DNA of 64,000 nt, taken from IMG/VR virus record IMGVR_UViG_3300007177_000042; one strand, written 5' to 3'. Positions within the stretch are counted from its first letter, which is position 1. Each line of letters starts with the position of its first letter. The position numbers were made by a program, and so were the translations under genes. Origin of the DNA: a virus. Taxonomy: Duplodnaviria > Caudoviricetes. Positions 30,804-41,363 of the stretch are shown in pieces. The notes beneath the pieces are model-generated. The model had not been told where the DNA came from. It saw nothing but the letters and a program-made list of their open reading frames with translations, and ran no database searches.

Positions 30804-30988
30804 AACGTATCGATCAAATAAAACAAATGTTTGGATCTAAATCTTGGTTTAATAGAATAGAAAATGGATGCACAAATCGTGAATTCGTAATTTATTCTAA
30901 TGGATACCCTTACACAGAAGACAATAATGTGTATGATTATGCCAAAGCCAACAAAATAAAAATAAAGATCATTCCAATCGGCGGATAA
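30800..30988 (+). CDS. Hypothetical protein
   Basis: ATGA-coupled small ORF. Confidence 0.55.
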   Translation: MKRIDQIKQMFGSKSWFNRIENGCTNREFVIYSNGYPYTEDNNVYDYAKANKIKIKIIPIGG

Positions 30989-30996
30989 TTATCAAC

Positions 30997-31368
30997 ATGG
31001 TAAAAATAAGTGTAGACGAAGCATATGCTTTCGATATCCTGAGTATTTATGCTGTCAAAATGATCAACTGTACTGACCCTCTGAGACACAAATCAAGCTC
31101 TATCGCATACAATTGTTTGTTCAATGAATTAGAGCAAACTTTTGGTTATGAAAAAATGAGGGATATCATGAACTCTAAAGAATATAGATCTTTGTTTAGA
31201 GCAAACGAAGATACATTTCATTTGGTAGACAAAATACGTTCTAGTAATGAAGTATCTGTTGGAAAAGATATTGATAATGCTAATATGGAGAGATTTTTTT
31301 GTAAACGTCGATTGCAAGAAAAGTTTTTTGAAGGAAAATTGTTAGAAACAAAGACACAACATGAATAA
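30997..31368 (+). CDS. Helical protein resembling DUF6165-type proteins of glycan loci
   Basis: ISVDEAYAFDILSI...ANEDTFHLVDKIR...NMERFFCK. Confidence 0.4.
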   Translation: MVKISVDEAYAFDILSIYAVKMINCTDPLRHKSSSIAYNCLFNELEQTFGYEKMRDIMNSKEYRSLFRANEDTFHLVDKIRSSNEVSVGKDIDNANMERFFCKRRLQEKFFEGKLLETKTQHE

Positions 31369-31564
31369 GAAACAGATACTAAAAGAAATTTGGGACAATT
31401 GGGCTCACAAACAATGGTTTAAGTTTGCCAATTACGAATCCGAACAATCTAATAAGATTGTCGTCGAAACACATTATTATCCGGCGTTGGAAGTAGCACA
31501 GTTTAGAATGTTTGTTGGAAAGTATCCGGATATAATTGTAGAGTTCAAAAACCCACGACAATAA
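31361..31564 (+). CDS. Hypothetical protein
   Basis: Overlap-coupled small ORF. Confidence 0.55.
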   Translation: MNKKQILKEIWDNWAHKQWFKFANYESEQSNKIVVETHYYPALEVAQFRMFVGKYPDIIVEFKNPRQ

Positions 31565-31571
31565 TCTTCAT

Positions 31572-34500
31572 ATGGACAAGTCTGTTTTCAACATTTTACC
31601 AACTTATGTAGGTTCACTCCGTGATAAATCCAAGATTTTGTATATAACACAATCGGGTACAAGCGGATACGCAAACGCTGCTAAAGGATATATTTATGAT
31701 TTGATCCAAAAAAAGTTTTCGGTAAAAATACAGACTGTCGATTTGGATGATTCTCGGAACGTAGAAAAGACTGAATTTGATGAATATATCACATCACATA
31801 ATCAATCCGTAGGTCATTTTTATGATACAGTCATTGTACACACAACACCAAACATTTGGGAGTCTCTTCTATCAAAAGAGAAAATCGGTACAAATAGATA
31901 TGTAATAGGTAGAACCGTGTGGGAGTTTGATCAACTTCCGGTCGAGTTAGTAAATTGTATAAACCAAAGCCGGGTTAATATCGTAAGTGTTCCAACACAA
32001 TGGAACAAAGACACTTTTGAAAAAAGTGGAGTGATAAAACCTATAGTTGTCGAACCCCATATACATGTTACGTTTCCGTATAAAAACAAAGACCTTCGTC
32101 AAATAATCTCTTCATTTGGAGAAGTTTTTTTTGACGGCGACATTAACAGTATTGATTTTAAACAGTCGTATAAGTTTTATACAATTGGTCAATTCATTAC
32201 AAGAAAAGGTATCGAAGAAACAATAGAATCTTTCTGTAAAACATTTATAAGAACAGACAATGTAATCTTGATTGTAAAAACATTTGGGAAAAATTACTCA
32301 AATGAACAGATAGAAATTTGTAGAAACAAAATACAAACTATTATAAAAAATCACCGATCAGATGCGGGTCATGCACCTATCGTGTACTTAAAAGATCAAT
32401 TGTCATATGATGTCATACAGTCATTGCACGATCAGTGTGATTGTTATATACAACTGACAAGGACCGAAGGATTTGGATTGGGTATATTTGAAGCATATAA
32501 TCGTGGGAAAAAAGTTATTGTCACAAATTATGGTGGACACACTGAATTTATACCAAAAACATATCATGGACTAGTAGATTACGAATTACAAAACGTAACA
32601 GATCCCATTTTCTATAATATCCATTTAAACAACACATACAAATGGGCAAAACCATCTATTACTCATGCTCAGACTTTGATGAAACTTCAATATGTTCATT
32701 CAAGAAAACATGATGTTGAGATTTCATTGGTTTCTGGGTTCTATCCAAGAGAAAATTTTAATGTTGATCCATCAAAAAACGGAAACGTATCTAGTTGGAC
32801 AAAAGAATCGTGTCATATTTCGGTATTGGATCCATATAATCAGTACACTTACTCAATCACATTGTTTAATCACTATGGCGAAAATAAATATGTGTGCGTA
32901 AAAAATGAAGAGATTGACATAAAGTTTGATATCAGCCACGGACAAAACAATATAACATTTACAACAACCCTTCCAGAGGTAAAATTGACATGGCATAAAT
33001 CATTTTGTCCAAGAGAGTTGACAAATACAGATGATCATCGCATTTTGGGAGCAGTAATCGAAAATATATTCGTTAATGGACGAAACGTAAACATTATAAA
33101 TCATGTCTTCAAGCAAAATATGAAGTCTAACTTCAGTGGACTTGTTAGATTTGAACCAAAAGAAATTGAAGGAAAGAAAGTAGGAATAGTTGGATATATA
33201 CCAAAACCCGATATTTCCAATGCAAATAATACATTTTATAAACACATTCATTCAAGCAAATCATATGCAGGAGTAATACTATTTTCTGATTCGGGATGGG
33301 ATAATACAATAAGAGTCGAAGATCCTTTGTCAGTCGTAAAGAAAAATAAAGACTCAATCGGATTGTGGACTTTTTATAAGAGCCTCATTATTGCAAAGAA
33401 ATATGAATTAGACTATTTTTTAATGGTTGAATCCGATTGTAGATTTTTGAAAGAAAATTGGGATTATGACTTATTTAAGACAGCAATTGATAACGACATT
33501 TACTGTTACGGATCGCTTAATGTAAGCAAATATACTACTGATAACGATGAGTTGAAATGGTTATCAGATGTTGAGGTATGTAATCACGATAGAATTGATG
33601 AAAATACATCATACAAAACTTTCCCTTGCATTTCTCAAGGAGATGTTTCTGGTAAGAGTCCACATTATATTTGGACAAACGGAGCGTGTTCAGTTTATAA
33701 AACTCAGGCATTTTATGACCTATTGAACGGAGACTTAAATGTCATTTTAGACAAATGGTTTACTTGGGATTTAGACACTGGGAAGGTTATAGTTGATACG
33801 CTTGGAATGGCAGAGGCAAAAAATAAAGTTGTACATTGCGGCACAATAGCATCTAATGTTGATAGTATTGTTACACCAAAATTTGTATACAATAACAAAC
33901 ATAATTTTGCAGCAATACATCCGGTGAAAAACAAGTGGTGTCCACCGAAAGATGGTGTATACAAATTTTACCACAGTGGAGATCTAGGTGATATCATATA
34001 TTCGTTGCCAGCAATAAAAACGATTGGAGGGGGTCATTTAATAATTGGCAATCAGTCAAATTCGACATCTGGATTTTGTACGAGAGAGCCAATGACTTTC
34101 AAACGATACGAATTCATTCTACCTCTTCTTAAAAAGGTAGGTTATTTGCATTCCGTATCATACTCCGATGAAACGGAAAACCAATGTGATTACAATTTTA
34201 ACGAATTTAGGTATTATTGGAACGATTCCACGTACAGGTCTTCGCAAAAAATCGACAGGTTGATTGATATGAACTTAGATTTTGTTGGGTTGAGAGGGAT
34301 GTTTGATGATACACAGTCGTGGATTGAAGTTGAAAAAACCGTTACCAAAAAATATGTGGTTTCTCGTTCCAAGAGATATCGAGATGATACATTTCCATGG
34401 AAAGACATATATAACATCATAAAAAACGACTGTATATTTGTTGGTTTGGATGATGAACACTTAGATTTCTGTGAAAATTTTGGTCCTATCGAACATGTAA

Positions 34501-34709
34501 AAGTAAAAGACGCATTGCAATTGGCTGAAATAATAAACGGATCAGAATGTTTCATCGGAAACCAATCGTTTCCAATGTCACTCGCCGTCGCGATGAATAA
34601 ATCTATTATTCAAGAATATAGTAGTCATGCCAAAGATTGTATTTTTGACAGCCGTAATAACTTCAAAACAAAAGAAAACTACAGAGAGATTATTGTAGAG
34701 GAAAAATGA
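31572..34709 (+). CDS. Multidomain glycosyltransferase (GT4 + beta-rich module + GT-A-like + GT9-like)
   Basis: GT4: TSGYA, TVWE, RKG, RTEGFGL; middle: FLMVESDC; C-terminal: HSGDLGDIIYSLP and FIGNQSFPMSLA. Confidence 0.8.
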   Translation: MDKSVFNILPTYVGSLRDKSKILYITQSGTSGYANAAKGYIYDLIQKKFSVKIQTVDLDDSRNVEKTEFDEYITSHNQSVGHFYDTVIVHTTPNIWESLLSKEKIGTNRYVIGRTVWEFDQLPVELVNCINQSRVNIVSVPTQWNKDTFEKSGVIKPIVVEPHIHVTFPYKNKDLRQIISSFGEVFFDGDINSIDFKQSYKFYTIGQFITRKGIEETIESFCKTFIRTDNVILIVKTFGKNYSNEQIEICRNKIQTIIKNHRSDAGHAPIVYLKDQLSYDVIQSLHDQCDCYIQLTRTEGFGLGIFEAYNRGKKVIVTNYGGHTEFIPKTYHGLVDYELQNVTDPIFYNIHLNNTYKWAKPSITHAQTLMKLQYVHSRKHDVEISLVSGFYPRENFNVDPSKNGNVSSWTKESCHISVLDPYNQYTYSITLFNHYGENKYVCVKNEEIDIKFDISHGQNNITFTTTLPEVKLTWHKSFCPRELTNTDDHRILGAVIENIFVNGRNVNIINHVFKQNMKSNFSGLVRFEPKEIEGKKVGIVGYIPKPDISNANNTFYKHIHSSKSYAGVILFSDSGWDNTIRVEDPLSVVKKNKDSIGLWTFYKSLIIAKKYELDYFLMVESDCRFLKENWDYDLFKTAIDNDIYCYGSLNVSKYTTDNDELKWLSDVEVCNHDRIDENTSYKTFPCISQGDVSGKSPHYIWTNGACSVYKTQAFYDLLNGDLNVILDKWFTWDLDTGKVIVDTLGMAEAKNKVVHCGTIASNVDSIVTPKFVYNNKHNFAAIHPVKNKWCPPKDGVYKFYHSGDLGDIIYSLPAIKTIGGGHLIIGNQSNSTSGFCTREPMTFKRYEFILPLLKKVGYLHSVSYSDETENQCDYNFNEFRYYWNDSTYRSSQKIDRLIDMNLDFVGLRGMFDDTQSWIEVEKTVTKKYVVSRSKRYRDDTFPWKDIYNIIKNDCIFVGLDDEHLDFCENFGPIEHVKVKDALQLAEIINGSECFIGNQSFPMSLAVAMNKSIIQEYSSHAKDCIFDSRNNFKTKENYREIIVEEK

Positions 34710-35344
34710 AAATTTATACGTTTTATCATAAGTTGGTCGATTTAATACACAACGATCAGATTAAACTTATTGATTTGTGGAGTAAAAGTTGGGCGTATTA
34801 TGGATGGACGCCCGTAGTATTAATGATGGATGATGTAACATCACATCCCAATTATGAGACTTTTAATACCATTTGTAGAAAATTTCCAACAGTAAATGGT
34901 TTGGAGTTTGAAGTAATGTGTTATCTTCGATGGCTACCGATGTCGTCGAGAGGTGGATGGTTTACCGACTATGATGTTATCAATTATGGATTCGAACCAA
35001 TCGATTATGGTGATAAAATTGTAACCACTACATGTCAGATAGGTGGATCCACAGTATTTGGCCCTATAAGTTTTTATAACCATGTAGTTGAAACAATTCA
35101 AAACTATACTGTTACCGATACAGACGTTATAACATTGAATGGCAAAACAAGTCCTCATTTATCAGACTTATATTTGTTGTCAAAAACAATTCGACCCGAT
35201 TTGATGTTGGACATTGAAAAATGTTATGGAATCGATGGATATGAATCGTCTAAACTTGTCCATTATGGTAATGCGTATATCAAACGACCACACAATCGGC
35301 TAGATGTTATAAAAAACGACCCTCGGTGCAACAAATTTCTATGA
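34706..35344 (+). CDS. Putative GT-A glycosyltransferase
   Basis: CYLRW, GGWFTDYDV (DxD). Confidence 0.55.
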   Translation: MKIYTFYHKLVDLIHNDQIKLIDLWSKSWAYYGWTPVVLMMDDVTSHPNYETFNTICRKFPTVNGLEFEVMCYLRWLPMSSRGGWFTDYDVINYGFEPIDYGDKIVTTTCQIGGSTVFGPISFYNHVVETIQNYTVTDTDVITLNGKTSPHLSDLYLLSKTIRPDLMLDIEKCYGIDGYESSKLVHYGNAYIKRPHNRLDVIKNDPRCNKFL

Positions 35345-35877
35345 AACAATATTGTGAAAAAATAACAAAGGAAATGACGACGCAATTTGGAGAAACTTAT
35401 TGTCGTCGATCATTGACACAGCCCTTTTGTAAAGGTAACGGAATAGATGTAGGATCACAGGGATCACCAGTTAATCCGGATTCAATTCAGATTGAATATG
35501 ACCGAAACAGATTTGATGTTGATGTTCCCATTCAATGGGAAGGAGATGGAACAAAAAATCTGCCATTTAAAGATGGTGTGTTGGATTATGTGTACAGCAG
35601 TCATTTGCTTGAGGATTATGAGGATTGGGTTCCCATCTTAAATGAATGGAATAGGGTACTTAAAGTTGGAGGACACATTGTCATCATGATACCCGACAAA
35701 AATATATTTCGTGAAAAAGTAAAAAACGGACAGCCCGATAATCCAAACCATAAACACGAAGGATATCCCGGTGAATTGACCGAATATTATCATCGACATT
35801 TTCAAAACTTTTGTGTTATAAAAGATGAAATCACCGATGGATATAATATTTTGTTTGTAGCTCAAAAATTACTATGA
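35341..35877 (+). CDS. SAM methyltransferase (type 11)
   Basis: GIDVGS, LPFKDGVLDYVYSSHLLED, RVLKVGG. Confidence 0.85.
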   Translation: MKQYCEKITKEMTTQFGETYCRRSLTQPFCKGNGIDVGSQGSPVNPDSIQIEYDRNRFDVDVPIQWEGDGTKNLPFKDGVLDYVYSSHLLEDYEDWVPILNEWNRVLKVGGHIVIMIPDKNIFREKVKNGQPDNPNHKHEGYPGELTEYYHRHFQNFCVIKDEITDGYNILFVAQKLL

Positions 35878-37241
35878 AATTTGACAGCGAAATATACGAT
35901 AGTGAATTGTTCGAACTAAAAGGATTTCATCCACACGAAGTCGAATCCGATGCAAACGGAACCAAATTTTTTTGGACCGATACCGTTTTCAAAATATTAG
36001 TGATGCGATATTCTGGATGTATCTACATGGTGTTCAGAACTAGTTCTGATAAAAATCTAGTAATCATGGTCGAAGGCAAATGTGGAGTATCTAAACGTGA
36101 GTTTAAAATACATCCTTCTGGCGAATACATACTTAAAGTAAAAGCAGATTTGGGTGATATTATATCTGTAATTACAGAACCAAATTTCCCACCGCCTGTA
36201 AATGATCTTCGCAAACTCGGATTGTATACTACTAAAATATTTTGTTCAAGTCACGAACTTGGTCAGCAACATATTGAACTTTTTCAAAAAGACCATATCA
36301 GCGTCGAAGACAAAACGGTTATGTTTAACTTTGAAAAAGTTGTTGATGAACAAAACCGTATTGCAATTCCTTTTAATCAACAATCGCCAAATGTTGAGAT
36401 TCTTCCATTCACATATAGCAAAAAAAATCATGAATTCAATTCTGCTGTTTTTGATTTCAGACAAAATCGTTATATCATAACAAGAAATACAAAAGTTGTT
36501 TTTAACAACATATCGCATAATACTCTTAATTTGTATGAATTCGGAACATATAGAAAATTGGAACTAAACATTATCGATGAAGTTGATGACGAACAGTATG
36601 AAGATCCGAGAGTGTTTACTCACAATGATAAAATATATGTGAGTTGTGCAAATTACATTTATGGAAATTTAAGTAACATACATCAAAAAATACTTGTATT
36701 TGATAATACGTTCACCCATATTAACAACATTCACACCAAATATGGATTTAATGGAAAATCTATCAAACAAAACAGCGGGGTAGAAAAAAATTGGACGTAT
36801 TTTGTACATGATGACAGATTGATGTGCATATACAAAATGAACCCCCATGTGGTGCTTGAGTTGAATTGGAGTGGTGAGGTAGTAACAGAGTATATTACAC
36901 ATTTTGATCTTAAATCTCATTGGAAATATGGTGAGTGTCGAGGAGGAACTAATCCGATACTAAAAGATGGTTATTATCATGCGTTTTTTCACAGTAGTCT
37001 TCCGTGGGATAGGGGCCGTCGTCATTACTTTATGGGAAAGTATGTATTTGAAAGCAAACCACCATTTAGGATTGTCGAAATAACATCAGAACCAATACTT
37101 TGGGGTAACACTACCGATGAAAGAATACTACCAGATAAAAATCCATTAGTAGTTTTTCCATGTGGTGTGGTCATACAACAAGATAAGTTTTTGGTGAGTT
37201 TCGGAATTAATGACGAAAAAACAGGAATAGTAACATTATGA
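35874..37241 (+). CDS. GH130-like five-bladed beta-propeller glycosidase/phosphorylase with N-terminal beta module
   Basis: YEDPRV, EKNW, GGTNP, FFHS, PPFRI..EP, VVFPCG. Confidence 0.7.
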   Translation: MKFDSEIYDSELFELKGFHPHEVESDANGTKFFWTDTVFKILVMRYSGCIYMVFRTSSDKNLVIMVEGKCGVSKREFKIHPSGEYILKVKADLGDIISVITEPNFPPPVNDLRKLGLYTTKIFCSSHELGQQHIELFQKDHISVEDKTVMFNFEKVVDEQNRIAIPFNQQSPNVEILPFTYSKKNHEFNSAVFDFRQNRYIITRNTKVVFNNISHNTLNLYEFGTYRKLELNIIDEVDDEQYEDPRVFTHNDKIYVSCANYIYGNLSNIHQKILVFDNTFTHINNIHTKYGFNGKSIKQNSGVEKNWTYFVHDDRLMCIYKMNPHVVLELNWSGEVVTEYITHFDLKSHWKYGECRGGTNPILKDGYYHAFFHSSLPWDRGRRHYFMGKYVFESKPPFRIVEITSEPILWGNTTDERILPDKNPLVVFPCGVVIQQDKFLVSFGINDEKTGIVTL

Positions 37242-37867
37242 GTATACTTCAACAACTAGGGGAGATAAACGGTACAGATAAACATGACGATAATCATCGT
37301 TTTTCTGGAAAAACATATTTAGATGTGTATGAAGAATATTTCAATACATACAGAGAGTCGGTGACATGTATGTTAGAGATTGGTGTCCTTAGAGGGCAAT
37401 CACTTAAAACATGGAGGGACTATTTTATTAATGCACAAATATGGGGCATTGATATTGACCCAATAGCAAAAGCGGATTATGGCGAACGTATTAACGTTAT
37501 CACTGGAAGTCAGATTGATGAATCTGCATTAAAAAACGTTGCTCCTGATCAACAATTTGATATCATAATTGATGATGGAAGTCATTTAGTCGATCATATC
37601 ATTCGTAGCTACGAACTTTTATGGCCAAGAGTAAAGTCTGGGGGATATTATGTTATTGAAGATCTTGGATGTACTTATGGTGACAATACACCATTAATCA
37701 ACATATGGCCTGGACAAAATCTAAACCCGCCGGACACTAATTTTGTAAATGATCGTACAAAGTTGAACGCTTTTTTTATTGATATTGTCCACGGTATAGA
37801 TGCTAGAAAAACAAACGTAAGAAACATAAGTTTTACATATAGTCAATGTTTCATTAAAAAAATATGA
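37238..37867 (+). CDS. Sugar O-methyltransferase-like SAM enzyme
   Basis: GTDK, LEIGV..GQSLKTW, GIDID, IIIDDGSH, YVIEDL. Confidence 0.85.
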   Translation: MSILQQLGEINGTDKHDDNHRFSGKTYLDVYEEYFNTYRESVTCMLEIGVLRGQSLKTWRDYFINAQIWGIDIDPIAKADYGERINVITGSQIDESALKNVAPDQQFDIIIDDGSHLVDHIIRSYELLWPRVKSGGYYVIEDLGCTYGDNTPLINIWPGQNLNPPDTNFVNDRTKLNAFFIDIVHGIDARKTNVRNISFTYSQCFIKKI

Positions 37868-38535
37868 ACAACACCTTTCCAAAAATCATCTGTCTGACAC
37901 TAAAAGAAACACCGGCTCGTAGACAGTATGCTGAAGACCATTTCATAAAACATGGATTAAATGTTACTTTTTTTGAAGGTATTCATGCAAGAAACTTTGG
38001 TTTGACTACGGTTATTCCATATATGGATGACCAACCAAATTGGAAGCCAGGCGATGGACCTCCATATTACATAACACAAGGTCACGTAGGGTGTATTTTG
38101 TCCCATTACATGTTATGGAAAACTATAAGTTATCTTCCGGACGATGAATATTTGATCTTGGAAGATGACGTAGTTTTATGTGATGGATTTAAAGAAAAGT
38201 TGATGGACTATAAATCAAGACTTCCGGATGATTGGCAATATGTTTTTGTCGGGCATTGTTGTTGTCCCGACGAAAATTGGAGATATAAACAGGCTGAAAA
38301 TATTTATACCACATCACATCCACCATTGTGTACTCACGCATACATGATAAAGAAGGAGGCAACAAAAACATTAATTGAAACAAATAGTGTTGCGTGGTCA
38401 CACATAGATATACAGATACAGAAAAGAACACTGTGGGATCATAAGTTAAAATACTATGTCTGTATTCCTCCACTTGCTGAACAAATTTCTATAAACTGGC
38501 CAACCGATAGTAATTTCAAATCTCTAACATCATGA
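37864..38535 (+). CDS. GT25 glycosyltransferase
   Basis: ICLTLK..R, FFEGI, GHVGCILSHYMLW, LILEDD, CTHAYMI. Confidence 0.88.
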   Translation: MNNTFPKIICLTLKETPARRQYAEDHFIKHGLNVTFFEGIHARNFGLTTVIPYMDDQPNWKPGDGPPYYITQGHVGCILSHYMLWKTISYLPDDEYLILEDDVVLCDGFKEKLMDYKSRLPDDWQYVFVGHCCCPDENWRYKQAENIYTTSHPPLCTHAYMIKKEATKTLIETNSVAWSHIDIQIQKRTLWDHKLKYYVCIPPLAEQISINWPTDSNFKSLTS

Positions 38536-39344
38536 TTGATCCTATTTACCATTTCATATTTGGGTTGGATTCAAACTTTGCAAACAAACCGTTTGGATAT
38601 TTTCACTATTTGTGTTTGAAGAGTTGTTATTTGACTCAGAACAAACCAAAAATATGGATGCACATAATTCACGAACCAAATAACAATATTTGGTGGGAGC
38701 AATCGAAAGAATTTTTTACCATTGTAAAACACGATAAATTGCCCGATATGTGTTATACATGTAACGGGTTGGAGGTATATCGACCAGAACACAGAGCAGA
38801 TATATTTCGATTGTTATTGTTGAAAGAATACGGTGGAGTATATGCTGATATAGATACATTATTTTACAAACCATTTTTCCCACATTTTGACAAAAAAGAA
38901 ATGGTCATGGGATTGGAGGGTATGTACCATATCGGATGGGATCATTGGGATACACATGGATTATGTAATGCGTTGATTATTTCAAAAAAAGACTCTGTGT
39001 TTATAGATTTGTGGCTACAAGAATATAGAATGTCATATGACAACTATGACTGGAACGCATTTTCTGTGAGAAAACCATATGCGTTGTCACAACAGTACAA
39101 AGAATTTATAGATGTCGAACCAGTACATACATTTCACAAATATAATTGGTGTGGATTATTTTACGATGAGGTGACCGATCAAAATGGGTTTTATTTAAAC
39201 TATATGAGCGACGATGGGATATTTAGTAAACATATGTCCGAATCTAAAGTATATGATCGATTGGCATCATTAACCGATGAAACACTAAAAAACAGTACAA
39301 GTTTATTTGCTAGAATGTGTAGAAATATTGATGGATTACTATGA
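38532..39344 (+). CDS. GT32 (DxD, OCH1-like) glycosyltransferase
   Basis: HRADIFRLLLLKEYGGVYADID, NALI. Confidence 0.85.
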   Translation: MIDPIYHFIFGLDSNFANKPFGYFHYLCLKSCYLTQNKPKIWMHIIHEPNNNIWWEQSKEFFTIVKHDKLPDMCYTCNGLEVYRPEHRADIFRLLLLKEYGGVYADIDTLFYKPFFPHFDKKEMVMGLEGMYHIGWDHWDTHGLCNALIISKKDSVFIDLWLQEYRMSYDNYDWNAFSVRKPYALSQQYKEFIDVEPVHTFHKYNWCGLFYDEVTDQNGFYLNYMSDDGIFSKHMSESKVYDRLASLTDETLKNSTSLFARMCRNIDGLL

Positions 39345-39925
39345 AAGAAGCATTTGAAAATATATACCGACGTGGAGATTGGATAAATTCGTCTGGAGGT
39401 ACGGAAAGTGGTCCGGGGTCTAGTTTAGAATGTTCAAAACAATATCTAACATTTTTGACACAATTTGTAAGAAATAATAACGTAGTGTCTGTTTTAGATA
39501 TTGGATGTGGAGATTTCAATTTGATGAGACATTTTGATTTCACTGGAATAAAGTATCTTGGTATCGATCTGGTTGATTTTGTTATCGAATCCAATAGAAT
39601 CAAACATCAATCAGAAAATGTTCAATTTCAATGTGTTGATATTTTGAACGATGTTATTGATGTGAGTAGATATGACTTGGTTGTAATAAAAGATGTGTTT
39701 CAACACCTTGACAATACAACTATATCTCGATTGTTAAATAAACTAAAAGACGCAAACTGTATATTGATAACAAACGATTATACGACACAAAACTGTGACT
39801 GTTCTATAGGCGGATATAGGCCAGTGAACTTATGTATTGACCCATTTAATTTACAAGGCAGTTTTGTGTTTGAATGGGATTCGTGTGGATTTTACAAAAA
39901 AACATTTTTGGTTGAACGCACATGA
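39341..39925 (+). CDS. Class I SAM methyltransferase
   Basis: SGPGS, VLDIGCGD, YLGIDL, DLVVIKDVFQHL. Confidence 0.85.
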   Translation: MKEAFENIYRRGDWINSSGGTESGPGSSLECSKQYLTFLTQFVRNNNVVSVLDIGCGDFNLMRHFDFTGIKYLGIDLVDFVIESNRIKHQSENVQFQCVDILNDVIDVSRYDLVVIKDVFQHLDNTTISRLLNKLKDANCILITNDYTTQNCDCSIGGYRPVNLCIDPFNLQGSFVFEWDSCGFYKKTFLVERT

Positions 39926-39930
39926 CAGAT

Positions 39931-40626
39931 TCAATCAAAGTTTCTATGCCGGCCGAAGGTTTCGATATGTTTATTTTCATCAAATACCGATTCTTTTGAA
40001 AAATGACATGCCAGTTCGAACGGGCAAAACTTGGCCCCTTGATTTTCATATAACTCACGAGCATACACACAGATGAAAAAATCTTCATGTGGTATATAAA
40101 ATGTATCATCTACTCGTTTTGTTTCTGATAAAAACGGAACATTTATGTACTTACTTGATTCCATCATTCTTTTGCTTCGTAGACTGAATCCACCGTTGCC
40201 TACACGAAGATCGTCATTGTCTGTCGGAACCATATTCCACTTGTGATCGAAGAATCTACACTTGTCCCACGGCCAGTGCATATGTTTGAATGATACCCAC
40301 GGAGCACCAATATAGTCATACTCCAAAAACCGTGGATTCCACAGATTGGGATTTGTTACTTTTCCATCGTGTTGTACAATTAAACAAAATTCGGTGTCGA
40401 TGTGTTTGTATAGTTCATAAATCATGAAATGACTATAGTCTTGTAGTGATGCAAGTTTTCTACATTTTTCAACCTCGATGCTTGAATCTACAACGACATC
40501 TTCACTTGTGATGAGTTTTATTTTTCCAAACTCGATTTCCTTCGATGAGTCCAAAATCGATGATACGGATTTATCGATGTTTACCGATGTGACACAAACC
40601 AACGTTATGTCTTTTAGTTTTATCAT
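39931..40626 (-). CDS. DUF5672-like (GT-A-related) protein
   Basis: LIVQHDG, YDYIGAPW, VGNGGFSLRSK, EDFF, FGRH. Confidence 0.8.
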   Translation of the reverse strand: MIKLKDITLVCVTSVNIDKSVSSILDSSKEIEFGKIKLITSEDVVVDSSIEVEKCRKLASLQDYSHFMIYELYKHIDTEFCLIVQHDGKVTNPNLWNPRFLEYDYIGAPWVSFKHMHWPWDKCRFFDHKWNMVPTDNDDLRVGNGGFSLRSKRMMESSKYINVPFLSETKRVDDTFYIPHEDFFICVYARELYENQGAKFCPFELACHFSKESVFDENKHIETFGRHRNFD

Positions 40627-41363
40627 ATAACTGATTTTTCTAATATATCGTATTGATATCCATGAACAAAATCAGTTCCGTTGAAATCATGCGTGAATTC
40701 ATTTTCAACCAAAGTTGTCCAGTCACGATCATGTCTATGACCCCAAGTCGATACTTTTTTTAACATTTCTTCTTTGGTACGTACCCATGAAAAGTGATGG
40801 GCCATTATGTTATTTTTGTATGTTGTACATCTAAACTTTGTGTTGGTTGAATTATCAAATAACGATGTTCTATCCTGATACATCACATTTTCTATTTGAA
40901 GATTTTTTCTAAACATTAGTGTGATTGGATCTTCGTGTTGTTTTGCACGATATATTGGTTCTCGGAAATACCAATAACAAAGAAGTTTAAAATCAGAACC
41001 ATAAGAAAAATCTTTGTCTGTAACAAATTGAGTAAACAGATCAGATTCAATAACTTCATCTGCATCTATGAACAAGATATAATCTGATGTAATAGACGAT
41101 TGATCGACTGCAAACTTTCGTGAGTAAGAACACCACTCGACACTGGAGAATCTGTTTGGCGTGTATTGTATATTCAGAAACTCGACATTCTTGTTTTCAT
41201 AAAAAGTTCTGTTTAGTATATCCATGTTTTCATCGGAACCATCATAGAAGTTATTGGCATAGGTAACAATTATACGATCTGAAAATGGACGAACTGAATC
41301 GATGGATGATTTGATAAATCGATATTCTGTGGTACAATAGTTAATTATTGTGGTTATAGTCAT
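40623..41363 (-). CDS. GT2-like glycosyltransferase
   Basis: ILFIDADEV, HHFSWVRTKEEMLKK; start placed at the ATGA overlap. Confidence 0.7.
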   Translation of the reverse strand: MTITTIINYCTTEYRFIKSSIDSVRPFSDRIIVTYANNFYDGSDENMDILNRTFYENKNVEFLNIQYTPNRFSSVEWCSYSRKFAVDQSSITSDYILFIDADEVIESDLFTQFVTDKDFSYGSDFKLLCYWYFREPIYRAKQHEDPITLMFRKNLQIENVMYQDRTSLFDNSTNTKFRCTTYKNNIMAHHFSWVRTKEEMLKKVSTWGHRHDRDWTTLVENEFTHDFNGTDFVHGYQYDILEKSVI

